DNA of 64,000 nucleotides from Bacteroidota bacterium (GCA_947447155.1 CANFIN010000003.1:1185-65184); one strand, 5' to 3'; positions 1 to 10,757 are shown, counted from the stretch's first letter. A program made the numbers and translations. Notes: generated by a model from the sequence alone, not told the origin.

Positions 1-87
1 AGCGGCAAAATTAAACGATTATGGCATTTGAAAAATATTTAGCCGCTGATATTTATCGCTCATCAAATTAAGCTGTATTTTTAAACC

Positions 88-1761
88 ATGGAGAATTATC
101 AAATTGCCGATTTATTAAAAGATATTGCTCGATTAATGGAGCTTCACGGGGAGAATTCCTTTAAAATAAAATCGTATCAGAATGCAGCTTTTAAATTAGA
201 TCGTTTAACCACCCCGATTTATGGATTATCCAAAGAAGAACTAGAAAACATAGATGGAATCGGGAAAAGTTTAAGTGCTAAACTCGCTACCTACTTTACT
301 ACAGGAGAAATTGAAGATTATCAAAAATTAATCAATGAAACTCCTGAAGGTGTGTTAGACATCATGCATGTAAAAGGAATTGGTCCTAAGAAAACCTCCA
401 TCATCTGGAAAGAAATGGGAATCGAATCATTGGGCGAATTACTCTACGCCTGCAATGAAAATCGCTTGATAGAAGTCAAAGGCTTTGGAGCTAAAACCCA
501 ACAACAAGTAAAAGAAGCTGTACAGTACAAGCTCGCAAGCAAAGGTTATTTTCATTTTGCTACTGCTGAACAACTTGCAGAAAACATATTTAAAAAAATA
601 AAAAATCTACAAGGTCTATCATGGAATTACTGCGGCGACTTCAGAAGAAAATGTGAAATTTTACAACGTGTTGAAATCATTATTAAAAACAGTTTTGCTG
701 ATGAATTCAAGAATCTGCTTCTCGCAAACAAAGAAATATCCTTACTGAATTCCGAAGAAAAAAAGATTGAATACAATACTACAATCGGGCTTCCTATAAA
801 TATCACCATAGTTCCTGATGAGCATTTCGTATTTGAAACATGGAAGCAAACTGGCAGCGAAAAACATCTTGCTTTTTGCTTGGAGAACAAATCCAGTATT
901 GATATAACGGGTTGCCTATCCGAAGAAGAAATTTACAAGAAACTCTCGCTTCCGTATTACATTCCTGAATTGCGCGAAGGTATTTTAGAATTAAAATTTT
1001 CATCTTCCGCATCGACGCCGACATTTATTGAATATTCCGATTTAAAAGGTTGTTTACATAATCACAGCACCTACAGTGACGGAATTCATTCTTTACGCGA
1101 AATGGCGCTAGCAGCACGCGATTTAGATTTACAGTATTTCGGAATTTGCGATCACTCTAAGAGTGCAGGATATGCGAACGGACTTCAAATTGAACGTGTA
1201 CTTCAACAACATCAGGAAATTAATTCGTTAAATGAAGAACTTGCGCCATTCAAAATTTTTAAAGGTATTGAAAGCGATATTCTTTCTGATGGCAATCTTG
1301 ATTATCCAGAAGATATATTAGCATCCTTTGATTTCATCGTAGCATCAGTCCATTCAGGGTTGAAAATGGATGAAGAAAAAGCAACAACACGGTTAATTAA
1401 AGCAATTGAAAATCCCTATACTACCATCCTCGGACATCCAACGGGAAGATTGTTACTAGCCCGTAAAGGATACCCTATCGATCATAAAAAAGTAATTGAT
1501 GCCTGCGCTGAAAACAACGTGGTGATTGAATTAAATGCACATCCTTACCGATTAGATATCGATTGGCGCTGGATAGATTACTGCATGGAGAAAAATGTTA
1601 TGATTTCGATTAATCCCGATGCGCACGAGACTTCTGGCCTACTCGATATGCATTATGGTGTATGTGCAGCACGCAAAGGTGGACTCACGAAAGAATTTAC
1701 ATTTAACGCATTTACGTTAGAAGAAATTAACAATTGGTTTCAGAAAAAGAAAAGTCGTTGA
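88..1761 (+). CDS. polX: PolX-family protein: Pol-beta-like HhH N-terminal half with degenerate palm, plus C-terminal PHP phosphoesterase domain
   Basis: 557-aa ORF. HhH motifs GIGKSLSAKL, VKGIGPKK and VKGFGAKT. PHP metal-ligand motifs LHNHSTYSDG, ICDHS, ASVHS, LGHPTGR, ELNAHP and NPDAH. Confidence 0.8.
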   Translation: MENYQIADLLKDIARLMELHGENSFKIKSYQNAAFKLDRLTTPIYGLSKEELENIDGIGKSLSAKLATYFTTGEIEDYQKLINETPEGVLDIMHVKGIGPKKTSIIWKEMGIESLGELLYACNENRLIEVKGFGAKTQQQVKEAVQYKLASKGYFHFATAEQLAENIFKKIKNLQGLSWNYCGDFRRKCEILQRVEIIIKNSFADEFKNLLLANKEISLLNSEEKKIEYNTTIGLPINITIVPDEHFVFETWKQTGSEKHLAFCLENKSSIDITGCLSEEEIYKKLSLPYYIPELREGILELKFSSSASTPTFIEYSDLKGCLHNHSTYSDGIHSLREMALAARDLDLQYFGICDHSKSAGYANGLQIERVLQQHQEINSLNEELAPFKIFKGIESDILSDGNLDYPEDILASFDFIVASVHSGLKMDEEKATTRLIKAIENPYTTILGHPTGRLLLARKGYPIDHKKVIDACAENNVVIELNAHPYRLDIDWRWIDYCMEKNVMISINPDAHETSGLLDMHYGVCAARKGGLTKEFTFNAFTLEEINNWFQKKKSR

Positions 1762-1811
1762 TTTTATTTGAATAATTTCTTTCCGTATATTTAGAAAATA
1801 AAATTTTCACA

Positions 1812-3332
1812 ATGCCAATTATCAATTCGGTACTTTCCTGGTTCATGATGCAACGCAATCATCAGATTGAGACGTTCATGCGTTATCCGAATGAAGTGCA
1901 AGAAGATTTATTAAAAAAACTAATTGGCTTTGCCCGACATACCGAGTTTGGACAGAAATATGATTTTTCTTCCATAACAACTTCAGATGAATTTAGAAAT
2001 CGTGTTCCATTACAAGACTACGAATCACTCAAGCCTTATATCTTCCGATTAAAAAATGGTGAGCAACAATTACTATGGCCATCAGAAATAAAATGGTTTG
2101 CTAAATCATCAGGAACTACATCAGATAAATCTAAATTTATTCCGGTTAGTCCAGAGTCGTTAGAAGACTGTCACTATAAAGGCGGAAAAGATTTATTATG
2201 TATTTATTTTCATAATAACCCAGAGACAAAACTATTCGATGGAAAACTGCTTTCACTTGGAGGAAGTCATCAGATTAACGCTACCGACAGTGATTCATTT
2301 TATGGCGATTTAAGTGCGATCTTAATTGAGAATTTACCTTTCTGGATTCAATTATTTCAAACGCCTGATAGAACCATTGCATTGATGGATGAGTGGGAAG
2401 CAAAAATTGAGAAGATTGCTTTAGCCACCATGAATGAAAACGTCACGAACCTGAATGGCGTACCTTCATGGACGTTAGTACTACTCAAAAGAGTATTAGA
2501 ACTTAGTGGTAAAAACAACATTTTGGAAGTATGGCCCAACCTTGAACTATTTGTTCATGGTGCTGTTAATTTTAGTCCGTACCGCGACCAATTTAAAAAA
2601 CTAATTCCTCGCGATGATATGTATTATCTCGAGACCTATAATGCATCAGAAGGATTTTTCGGTATACAAGACCAACGCAAATCAGATGAAATGTTATTGA
2701 TGCTTGATTACGGAATTTACTACGAGTTTATTCCGATGAACGAATGGAATAATGAAAATCCAAAGACCTTAACATTAGATGAAGTACAACTGCATCAGAA
2801 TTACGCTATCGTAATTACAACTAATGCAGGATTGTGGAGATACAAGATTGGGGATACCATTTGCTTCACTTCTTTAAGTCCGTATCGAATAAAAATCACT
2901 GGACGTACTGCACATTTTATCAATGCGTTTGGAGAAGAATTAATTATTGATAATGCAGAGAAGGCGTTATTTGAAGCCTGCATTGCAACAGGATCTCATA
3001 TTAAAGAATACACTGCAGCACCAGTTTATTTTTCGGATGATGCATCGGGAGCACATGAATGGTTAATTGAATTTGATGCAGCGCCGAATGATTTGAACGA
3101 CTTTCGTAACAAGCTAGACGAAGCATTGAAAAAATTAAACAGCGATTACGAAGCAAAGCGTTATAAAGACAAAGTTTTGAATGCACCAATTGTAAAATCA
3201 TTACCTGCGGGAAGTTTTTATAAATGGATGAAATCAAGAGAGAAATTAGGTGGACAACATAAGGTGCCTCGCCTTTCTAACAACCGAACTTTTGTAGATG
3301 AAATTATAAAACAATGTTTCGAAATTATCTAA
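1812..3332 (+). CDS. GH3 (auxin-responsive promoter) family adenylate-forming enzyme
   Basis: 506 aa. FAKSSGTTSDKSKFIP matches the GH3 SSGTT..K.IP adenylation motif. Length and overall pattern are typical of the bacterial GH3 family. Confidence 0.8.
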   Translation: MPIINSVLSWFMMQRNHQIETFMRYPNEVQEDLLKKLIGFARHTEFGQKYDFSSITTSDEFRNRVPLQDYESLKPYIFRLKNGEQQLLWPSEIKWFAKSSGTTSDKSKFIPVSPESLEDCHYKGGKDLLCIYFHNNPETKLFDGKLLSLGGSHQINATDSDSFYGDLSAILIENLPFWIQLFQTPDRTIALMDEWEAKIEKIALATMNENVTNLNGVPSWTLVLLKRVLELSGKNNILEVWPNLELFVHGAVNFSPYRDQFKKLIPRDDMYYLETYNASEGFFGIQDQRKSDEMLLMLDYGIYYEFIPMNEWNNENPKTLTLDEVQLHQNYAIVITTNAGLWRYKIGDTICFTSLSPYRIKITGRTAHFINAFGEELIIDNAEKALFEACIATGSHIKEYTAAPVYFSDDASGAHEWLIEFDAAPNDLNDFRNKLDEALKKLNSDYEAKRYKDKVLNAPIVKSLPAGSFYKWMKSREKLGGQHKVPRLSNNRTFVDEIIKQCFEII

Positions 3333-4120
3333 TCTCCTTTTTAATTATCTGTTGTCTGCTTTGTGGATTTGAAAGTCGAGCACAAACCGATAGTATTTTA
3401 AATGTTGTCGATTTTTCAATAGATGGATTTGAAAACCTATATGTAGCAAAGAAAAATTCAGAGTTTCTAAAGATCAATTCAGAAGGTAAAACACTAAGAG
3501 TAAATAGTCGTAAGGACCTTGGAGCACCAACAAGCATCAATGCCGAAAACCCACTTCGCATTTTAATTTTTTATCGGGAGCAAGGATGGTTGATTGTAGC
3601 AGATAATCAGCTTGCCTTTCAGTTTGAAATCGATTTAAAGCAAATTGGCTTTACTGACCCTACCCTTACAGCCAACTCCTTTGATGGAGGCATCTGGGTA
3701 TTCGACCGAGGGAATGGAACCTTGAATAAAATCATGTTGAGTGCAACAGGAATCCAAACTGCTGGTACTATCGACTTACGTCAGATATTATTTACGGAAT
3801 TAAATCCACAGCGACTAATTACAGATGGGAATTACTTACTTCTAAGTAATAATAGTACACTTTATGTATTTGATCGCTATGGGACCTATATTCGTAAAAT
3901 CGAACTAGACGACGAACCTATAAGTCTGAATATCGAGGGAACACAAGTGAATGCATCCACTCACAAAAGTGTATATTCCTGCGATATCAGATACTTGTCA
4001 GAGCCGTCTAAATTTGAGGCAATGAAACAAACAGCTATGCGAAAATCAGCAGTCACAAGGAGTAAGTTATATGAATTAACACCTCGAGATGTTTTAAAGA
4101 TTTCTCCCTCGGGAAAATAA
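3314..4120 (+). CDS. hypothetical exported protein (signal peptide; possibly beta-propeller-like)
   Basis: 268-aa ORF with a hydrophobic N-terminus ending ESRAQ. It overlaps the GH3 gene end by 19 nt. No family recognised. Confidence 0.5.
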   Translation: MFRNYLISFLIICCLLCGFESRAQTDSILNVVDFSIDGFENLYVAKKNSEFLKINSEGKTLRVNSRKDLGAPTSINAENPLRILIFYREQGWLIVADNQLAFQFEIDLKQIGFTDPTLTANSFDGGIWVFDRGNGTLNKIMLSATGIQTAGTIDLRQILFTELNPQRLITDGNYLLLSNNSTLYVFDRYGTYIRKIELDDEPISLNIEGTQVNASTHKSVYSCDIRYLSEPSKFEAMKQTAMRKSAVTRSKLYELTPRDVLKISPSGK

Positions 4121-4215
4121 CTTATTAACATTTTTTTGGAGAGTAGTAAATACCGATTATTTTTGAAACGAGGAAGGAATTTTCCTTTATCCAATCAAAT
4201 CAAAATTTTACTCCA

Positions 4216-4851
4216 TTGGCAACACAACAGAAAGGTTTACATATTGCAATTGCAGGCAATATTGGTTCAGGAAAGACAACGCTTACCAGTTTATTAGCAA
4301 AAAATTTAAAATGGGAACCTCATTTTGAAGATGTAGATGACAATCCGTATTTAAATGATTTCTACGAGGACATGCAGCGTTGGTCATTTAACCTTCAGAT
4401 TTATTTCTTGAATAGTCGTTTCAATCAGGTTGTAAATATTCGTAAATCTACCAAGACTATAATACAAGACAGAACGATCTACGAAGATGCTTACATATTT
4501 GCGCCTAACTTACATGCGATGGGTTTAATGACTACACGTGATTTCAATAATTACATGGAGTTGTTTAATTTGATGTCGACTTTTATCGCGCCTCCAGATT
4601 TAATGATTTATTTAAGAGGAAGCGTTCCTGCGTTAGTGAATCAAATTCAGAAGCGCGGACGTCCTTATGAAAACTCTATTCGTTTAGATTACTTAAAGCG
4701 TTTGAACGAGCGCTACGAAGCATGGATATCGCAATACGAAGCTGGTAAGTTATTGGTGATTGATATTGATGATATCAACTTTGCTGAAAATCCTGAGCAC
4801 TTAGGAATGGTGATCAATAAAATTAATGGTGAGTTGAACGGATTGTTTTAA
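4216..4851 (+). CDS. deoxynucleoside kinase
   Basis: 211 aa with P-loop AGNIGSGKTT. The DRTIYED and RGR(P)YE motifs are typical of the dNK/dGK family. TTG start as in the ORF track. Confidence 0.85.
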   Translation: MATQQKGLHIAIAGNIGSGKTTLTSLLAKNLKWEPHFEDVDDNPYLNDFYEDMQRWSFNLQIYFLNSRFNQVVNIRKSTKTIIQDRTIYEDAYIFAPNLHAMGLMTTRDFNNYMELFNLMSTFIAPPDLMIYLRGSVPALVNQIQKRGRPYENSIRLDYLKRLNERYEAWISQYEAGKLLVIDIDDINFAENPEHLGMVINKINGELNGLF

Positions 4852-4905
4852 TAGCCTAAGCGCATTCCTTTTCACAAACTTCTATACACGTAAATCACCA
4901 CTTCT

Positions 4906-5658
4906 ATGAAGCATAAAATAAAAGTGCTGCTTACCCTTATTCAATATTTTGGTATCTGGCATGGATTAAAGCTTCAACTGCAATTACTAACTGGGAATAC
5001 AAATTCTATTAAGCTACCTAATTACAAACACGCTTTTTCGCTAAGAAAAAACACATCTGATAAATCAACTTTTGAGCAGGTGTTTTTAAATAACGAGTAT
5101 CATCTTGATTTTATTAAAAATCCTAAGGTCATAATTGATGGAGGCGCTAACATCGGACTCTTTACTATCAAAATGAAAAAGGATTTTGAAGATGCTAAAA
5201 TTATTTGCATTGAGCCTGACACTGATAATTTCGAAACCCTTCAACACAATCTTAAAAATTACGATTCGATTTTTTTTGAAAATGCAGGTCTTTGGAATAA
5301 AGATACAATGCTAAAAGTGTACGACAAATACAACTGCGGCAAATGGGGAATGGTAGTTGAAGAAGATATTGCTAACGGAAATATTCATGCCCTTTCAATT
5401 GAATCGTTGATGGATAAATATCAACTTACGCACATCGACATTTTAAAAATCGATATTGAAACAAGTGAGAAGCAGCTGTTCTCCGACAATTATTCCAAAT
5501 GGCTTCCGAAGGTAAAGACCATTATTATAGAACTCCATGACCGAATGGATGCAGGATGTGCTAAATCATTTTTCAAAGCAATCAATAATTGCTATACTAA
5601 TTATACATATTCTACGTTAGGAGAAAATGTAATTATTACCAACATTGATTTAGTATAA
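4906..5658 (+). CDS. FkbM-family SAM-dependent methyltransferase
   Basis: 250 aa. IIDGGANIGLFT is the FkbM-type SAM-binding motif. Confidence 0.7.
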   Translation: MKHKIKVLLTLIQYFGIWHGLKLQLQLLTGNTNSIKLPNYKHAFSLRKNTSDKSTFEQVFLNNEYHLDFIKNPKVIIDGGANIGLFTIKMKKDFEDAKIICIEPDTDNFETLQHNLKNYDSIFFENAGLWNKDTMLKVYDKYNCGKWGMVVEEDIANGNIHALSIESLMDKYQLTHIDILKIDIETSEKQLFSDNYSKWLPKVKTIIIELHDRMDAGCAKSFFKAINNCYTNYTYSTLGENVIITNIDLV

Positions 5659-5677
5659 CAACTGCTAATCTTTTCAA

Positions 5678-6322
5678 ATGAAAAACCTAATTCTACTTAC
5701 TTTAACTACTTTATTTGTTTTAGTAATCCTTAGCCCTGAAAAAAAGCCGACAGTTAATATTCCAGAAGGAATGGCCTCAACGGATAGTCCCAATGATTTA
5801 TTTGAAGGAGAATCTTCCGATTCAACTGAAATCGATGAAAGTGTTTTGGATAATTTTGACTGGAAAACCAATGTAACGGATAAAATATCGACGATGACAT
5901 TAATGACTCCTTTTGCAAAAAATCCAGAAGCAGAAAAAGAGCTGTTTTTTATGTCTATTGAAAAACAAAAAGGCAAAAACTTCAAACCATCATTAGTATT
6001 TACCGTACCGCCAAGTATTAATATTAAAAAAGGACTTGATTTTCAATTTCTACAAATGACTCAAATTGATGATATCGATACCACAATCGTAGATTCAGAT
6101 GGTCCTTTGCATCTTGAGTTAAGACAATATAAAGAAGGTGATGTAAGTGCTGTTTTAGAAGGTGGCGCTCTGGTATTACCGAATGGAAATACTTATGACT
6201 TTATTAAAAAGTGTAATGCTTATAATCAATTAATGGTAAGCTTTCAGTATAGAAGTGGAGAACAAAAAAGTATTTTAATTCAACTAATTACTTTTACTGA
6301 GAATTATCGAAAAATTGAGTAA
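5678..6322 (+). CDS. hypothetical exported protein
   Basis: 214-aa ORF with an N-terminal hydrophobic segment. No recognised motif. Confidence 0.45.
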   Translation: MKNLILLTLTTLFVLVILSPEKKPTVNIPEGMASTDSPNDLFEGESSDSTEIDESVLDNFDWKTNVTDKISTMTLMTPFAKNPEAEKELFFMSIEKQKGKNFKPSLVFTVPPSINIKKGLDFQFLQMTQIDDIDTTIVDSDGPLHLELRQYKEGDVSAVLEGGALVLPNGNTYDFIKKCNAYNQLMVSFQYRSGEQKSILIQLITFTENYRKIE

Positions 6323-6327
6323 CCTAA

Positions 6328-7923
6328 TTATACTCCTACCGTCTTTCTTTTAAACTCACTCGTAAAATGGAATTCCACTTCAGGATGATTCTTGATCATT
6401 TGATCTAACATCCATTGTGAGTCGGCCAGATAAACCAACAAGCCATCTTTATCGATGGCCACCTGATGCTGTCGAAACTTCACGAATTCATCGAGCTTGT
6501 TTTTATCGGAAGACGTAACCCAACAAGCCTTGTAAACATTCATCGCATTGAACTTACAAGAAGCGCCATATTCATGCTGTAAACGATATTGAATTACTTC
6601 GAACTGAAGTTCTCCAACAGTGCCAACAATTTTACGAGTACCACCGCCCATAATAAATAACTGCGCAACACCTTCATCAGTTAGCTGTGTAATTCCCTTA
6701 TCAAGCTGCTTTGTTTTCATCGGATCGGTATTAATCAACTCCTTGAAAATCTCTGGTGAGAAACTCGGAATACCTTGAAACATTAAATCCTCTCCTTCGG
6801 TAAGTGTATCGCCGATTTTAAAGTTTCCTGAATCGTATAAACCAATTACATCTCCAGGGTATGCTTCATCAATGATATTTTTACTCTGACCTAAGAAGGT
6901 TGCTGGATTATTAAAGCGCATGTCTTTATCCAAACGCACATGATGGTAAAACTTACTACGTTCAAACTTTCCGCTACACACGCGCAAGAACGCTATACGA
7001 TCACGATGACGAGGATCTAAGTTCGCGTGAATTTTAAAAACGAATCCAGAGAATTTATTTTCTGTTGGAATTACTTCACGCTTATCTGTTGGACGAGTAC
7101 CAGGATTAGGAGCAATCTCAATAAATGTATCGAGCATTTCCTTCACTCCGAAATTATTAATAGCAGAACCAAAAAATACAGGTGCTACTTCTGCTGATAA
7201 ATAAGTTGAACGATCAAAATCTCCATAAACACCCTCTATCAAATCAACATCTTCACGAAGTTGAGTTGCATATTGCCCCGCTAACTGATCAATCATCGGA
7301 TCATTCAAATCGGTAATCGCTATGCCCTCTGGTTTTTTATCACTTCCTGGAGTAAACGTATACAAGCTCTTGTCAAATAAATTATAAACCCCTTTAAAAG
7401 TAGAGCCCACACTGATAGGCCAACTCAAAGGACGAACTTTAATTTTTAACTTCTCTTCTAATTCATCCAACAAATCGAAAGGATACTTTCCTTCGCGATC
7501 CATCTTGTTTACGAAAATGATTACTGGTGTATCGCGCATACGACAAACCTCCATCAATTTATAGGTCTGTTCCTCTACCCCTTTCTGACAATCTACAACC
7601 AGAATTACTGAGTCGACAGCCGTAAGTGTGCGATACGTGTCTTCCGCGAAGTCTTTGTGACCAGGAGTATCCAAAAGTGTAATAAGCGTATCATTATACT
7701 CGAAGTTCATTACGGAAGTCGCAACGGAGATACCTCTTTGTCGCTCAATCTCCATAAAGTCGGAGGTTGCACTCTTCTTTATCTTATTCGACTTCACCGC
7801 ACCTGCTGTCTGAATAGCCCCTCCAAACAAAAGAAACTTCTCTGTTAACGTGGTTTTTCCAGCATCGGGGTGACTGATGATAGCAAAGGTTCTGCGCTTC
7901 TGAATTTCCTGATTTACACTCAT
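6328..7923 (-). CDS. prfC: peptide chain release factor 3 (GTPase)
   Basis: 531 aa. [21 protein letters not shown]1 motif and DTPGHKDF G3 motif. Full-length RF3 pattern. Confidence 0.95.
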   Translation of the reverse strand: MSVNQEIQKRRTFAIISHPDAGKTTLTEKFLLFGGAIQTAGAVKSNKIKKSATSDFMEIERQRGISVATSVMNFEYNDTLITLLDTPGHKDFAEDTYRTLTAVDSVILVVDCQKGVEEQTYKLMEVCRMRDTPVIIFVNKMDREGKYPFDLLDELEEKLKIKVRPLSWPISVGSTFKGVYNLFDKSLYTFTPGSDKKPEGIAITDLNDPMIDQLAGQYATQLREDVDLIEGVYGDFDRSTYLSAEVAPVFFGSAINNFGVKEMLDTFIEIAPNPGTRPTDKREVIPTENKFSGFVFKIHANLDPRHRDRIAFLRVCSGKFERSKFYHHVRLDKDMRFNNPATFLGQSKNIIDEAYPGDVIGLYDSGNFKIGDTLTEGEDLMFQGIPSFSPEIFKELINTDPMKTKQLDKGITQLTDEGVAQLFIMGGGTRKIVGTVGELQFEVIQYRLQHEYGASCKFNAMNVYKACWVTSSDKNKLDEFVKFRQHQVAIDKDGLLVYLADSQWMLDQMIKNHPEVEFHFTSEFKRKTVGV

Positions 7924-7939
7924 ACCATTAATTGATAGG

Positions 7940-7947
7940 CAAATTTA
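7940..7947 (-). promoter_or_regulatory. -7 box TAAATTTG upstream of prfC
   Basis: Exact TAnnTTTG on the minus strand, 16 nt upstream of the prfC ATG. Confidence 0.4.
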
Positions 7948-7984
7948 CAATTTGTTAGGCACAATGCCATTCAACTGCAATGAT

Positions 7985-7992
7985 TATCTTTG
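7985..7992 (+). promoter_or_regulatory. -7 box TATCTTTG upstream of the OmpH-like gene
   Basis: Exact TAnnTTTG, 18 nt before ATG 8011. It overlaps the ORF-track TTG start at 7990, which argues for the ATG start. Confidence 0.4.
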
Positions 7993-8010
7993 AACTTCAA
8001 TTTTGAACCT

Positions 8011-8568
8011 ATGAAAAATTTATCGATTGCCTTAAATGTCGTTTTATTATTTGCCGTTGGATTTTTATACTATAAAGTTTATAGTTCTGAGGATGCTACT
8101 CCTGTTATTTCAGGACAAGCAGCGCAATCGAAAATAGTATATGTGAACTCTGATTCGTTAATGGAAAACTATCCATTGTATCAGACCATTAAAAAGTCGA
8201 TGGAGAAAAAGCGTGATAGTTTAGACCTTGCTTTTCGTCAAAGAGGAGAAACACTTCAAAAAGAAATTGAAAATTACCAGCAAACCGGTGCTATGCTTTC
8301 AGAGGGTGATCGTGCAAAGAAAGAAGAAGATTTAACAAGAAGACAACAGGCTTATGTTTCAGATCGAGATGCTACATTAGAAAAACTATCCAATGAAGAA
8401 GATGCTATGACCGACAGCTTACATAACGAACTTATGACGTATGTAAAAGCTTTTAACAAGAAGCATGGATACGATTTTATCTTTGGATATACTCGCGGCG
8501 GTGGAATCTTATATACTAATGACTCACTCGATATCACCAAAGCTATAACTATTGGATTTAAAAAGTAA
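8011..8568 (+). CDS. OmpH/Skp-family periplasmic chaperone
   Basis: Signal anchor followed by a coiled, charged region. KIVYVNSDSLMENYPLYQ is typical of the OmpH family. Start moved to ATG 8011. Confidence 0.75.
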   Translation: MKNLSIALNVVLLFAVGFLYYKVYSSEDATPVISGQAAQSKIVYVNSDSLMENYPLYQTIKKSMEKKRDSLDLAFRQRGETLQKEIENYQQTGAMLSEGDRAKKEEDLTRRQQAYVSDRDATLEKLSNEEDAMTDSLHNELMTYVKAFNKKHGYDFIFGYTRGGGILYTNDSLDITKAITIGFKK

Positions 8569-9195
8569 TTATTTACTTACTGATTGAACAGGCAAAGTGC
8601 CATTTTCAATCTGTTTTACAATCTGCTCAATCATTTGATCTTCGCCTGCGGCATCATATTCTGATTTCAGATTTTCTCCAAATAAACGAGCAAGTCCTTG
8701 CCAGAAAAATGCTTGTAATCCACCTCTTAACTCTTTTACCAAAGCATAGCTTGTATTGCCAGTTTCACGATCAATCAACTTAATCAGTATTCGTCCCTGC
8801 GTCACCGTTAGATGCTTTAAGTCTTGTTCAAACTGTTCTTTTAACTCACGCTCTGTCTCTTTAATAAATCGTTTTTTCTGACGTTCATTCGTCATGCTAG
8901 CAACCTGATCATTGATGTATTTCAACTTCATAGAAGCAAGCTTTGCATAAGGATAGGCTCGCAACACATCGCGACGAAGTTTTAAATACGCTTGCTGACG
9001 TGCTGCTGCTTCGGGAGATAACGGAGCAACAATTTCTACTCCTACTAAATAAACTGTTGGAATCGTATCACCATCGATGATAGTTCCAATTAATTTAATC
9101 CTTCCATCGGGCATTATCGTCTGCGCTTTGCTAAAAAACGAAATCGCAGCTAAAAGTAGCGTTAGAAAAATCCGATGTCGACAAACAGTTTTCAA
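8569..9195 (-). CDS. hypothetical exported protein (DUF4294-like, from memory)
   Basis: 208 aa with signal peptide ...FFSKAQ. Lies 12 nt downstream of accC on the same strand. TTG start. Confidence 0.5.
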   Translation of the reverse strand: MKTVCRHRIFLTLLLAAISFFSKAQTIMPDGRIKLIGTIIDGDTIPTVYLVGVEIVAPLSPEAAARQQAYLKLRRDVLRAYPYAKLASMKLKYINDQVASMTNERQKKRFIKETERELKEQFEQDLKHLTVTQGRILIKLIDRETGNTSYALVKELRGGLQAFFWQGLARLFGENLKSEYDAAGEDQMIEQIVKQIENGTLPVQSVSK

Positions 9196-9207
9196 GTGTG
9201 GCTGAAA

Positions 9208-10707
9208 TTAATTTAACCGATTCAGCTTCCATTTAGAAACGGAACCTGCATTTGTTTGTTGTGATAAAGGTGTATTTTTTTTCGCAGCTGACTTCTGTAA
9301 ATGATGCGCCATCATTGCTAAAACGGTTGACTCATCTTCGGTAGGGTTTTCAATTAATACATCGGGAGTAAAATAGTGCTTCACAAAATGTGTATCGAAA
9401 TTTCCACTACGGAAGGCATCATGCTTCATTACAAATTTACAGAATGCTAATGTTGTCTGACAACCCACAATCGTATATTCATCAATTGCGCGAATCATTC
9501 GGTCCATTGCTTGTTCACGATTCTCACCCCACACAACTAATTTAGCAATCATCGGGTCATAGTAAATTGGAATGTCCATTCCCTCTTCAAAGCCATCATC
9601 TACACGTACACCTGAGCCTTGCGGACGAACATAACGAATTAACTTTCCAATATCAGGTAAGAAATTATTGGCAGGGTCCTCAGCATATACACGTACCTCT
9701 ATTGAATGTCCATTGATACTTAAATCATCTTGCGTAAATGACAACTTCTCCCCTTGCGCAACTAATATTTGTTCTTTTACTAAATCTTTGCCTGTAATCA
9801 TTTCCGTTACCGGATGCTCTACTTGTAAACGCGTATTCATTTCCAGAAAATAGAAATTTTTATTTTCATCCAATAGAAACTCTACCGTTCCCGCACCTAC
9901 GTAGTTACATGCTTTCGCAACCATCACGGCACACTCACCCATCGCTTTTCTAATTTCAGGAGTAAGAACAGAACTTGGCGCTTCTTCCACTACTTTCTGA
10001 TGACGACGTTGTACAGAACATTCACGCTCGAACAGATACACCACATTGCCATGTGTATCACCCAACACTTGAATCTCAATATGACGCGGAGAACCAACAT
10101 AACGCTCAATAAAAACAGAACCATCACCAAAAGCAGATTGCGCTTCACTAACTGCACGTTGTAAATTCTCTTCAAACTGATCTGCCGTTTCTACGATGCG
10201 CATTCCTTTTCCACCACCACCCGCAGATGCTTTAATTAAAATCGGAAATCCAACAGATGCTGCTACCTTCTTCGCTTCTTCTACATCTGTAATTGCGTAA
10301 TCTGTTCCAGGTACTAAAGGAATATTGTATTTTTTTGCTGCTGCTTTCGCGGATAGCTTATCCCCCATAATCTCCATCGATTCTGGTGAAGGACCAATCA
10401 ATGTAATTCCTGCTTCGCGAAGTGCACGTGCAAAAGCCGCGTTCTCACTTAAAAATCCGTAGCCTGGATGAATTGCCTGAGCTCCTGTTTTTTTAGCAGC
10501 ATCAATAATTTTATCCATTACCAGATAACTTTGATTAGAGGCTGCGGGGCCAATGCAAACGGCTTCATCTGCATAACGCACATGTAATGCATCACGATCA
10601 GCTTCTGAATAAACAGCAACGGTTTTAATTCCCATTTCACGCGCTGAACGCATGATACGTAAAGCAATCTCTCCTCTGTTGGCTATTAATATTTTCGTAA
10701 ATTTCAT
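9208..10707 (-). CDS. accC: biotin carboxylase (acetyl/acyl-CoA carboxylase subunit) with a ~50-aa C-terminal extension
   Basis: MKFTKILIANRGEIA N-terminus and the ATP-grasp GGGGKGM motif. No BCCP (AMKM) motif. Start set at ATG 10707 rather than the TTG at 10716. Confidence 0.9.
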   Translation of the reverse strand: MKFTKILIANRGEIALRIMRSAREMGIKTVAVYSEADRDALHVRYADEAVCIGPAASNQSYLVMDKIIDAAKKTGAQAIHPGYGFLSENAAFARALREAGITLIGPSPESMEIMGDKLSAKAAAKKYNIPLVPGTDYAITDVEEAKKVAASVGFPILIKASAGGGGKGMRIVETADQFEENLQRAVSEAQSAFGDGSVFIERYVGSPRHIEIQVLGDTHGNVVYLFERECSVQRRHQKVVEEAPSSVLTPEIRKAMGECAVMVAKACNYVGAGTVEFLLDENKNFYFLEMNTRLQVEHPVTEMITGKDLVKEQILVAQGEKLSFTQDDLSINGHSIEVRVYAEDPANNFLPDIGKLIRYVRPQGSGVRVDDGFEEGMDIPIYYDPMIAKLVVWGENREQAMDRMIRAIDEYTIVGCQTTLAFCKFVMKHDAFRSGNFDTHFVKHYFTPDVLIENPTEDESTVLAMMAHHLQKSAAKKNTPLSQQTNAGSVSKWKLNRLN

Positions 10708-10712
10708 TGAAC

Positions 10713-10757
10713 ACAAATTTGAAGTTCAAAGATAATAATTATCAACTTCAAATTTGT
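10713..10757 (-). promoter_or_regulatory. perfect 14-bp inverted repeat (ACAAATTTGAAGTT / AACTTCAAATTTGT, 17-nt spacer) abutting the accC start
   Basis: Read directly from the sequence: arms at 10713-10726 and 10744-10757. The proximal arm ends 5 nt from ATG 10707. Confidence 0.5.
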
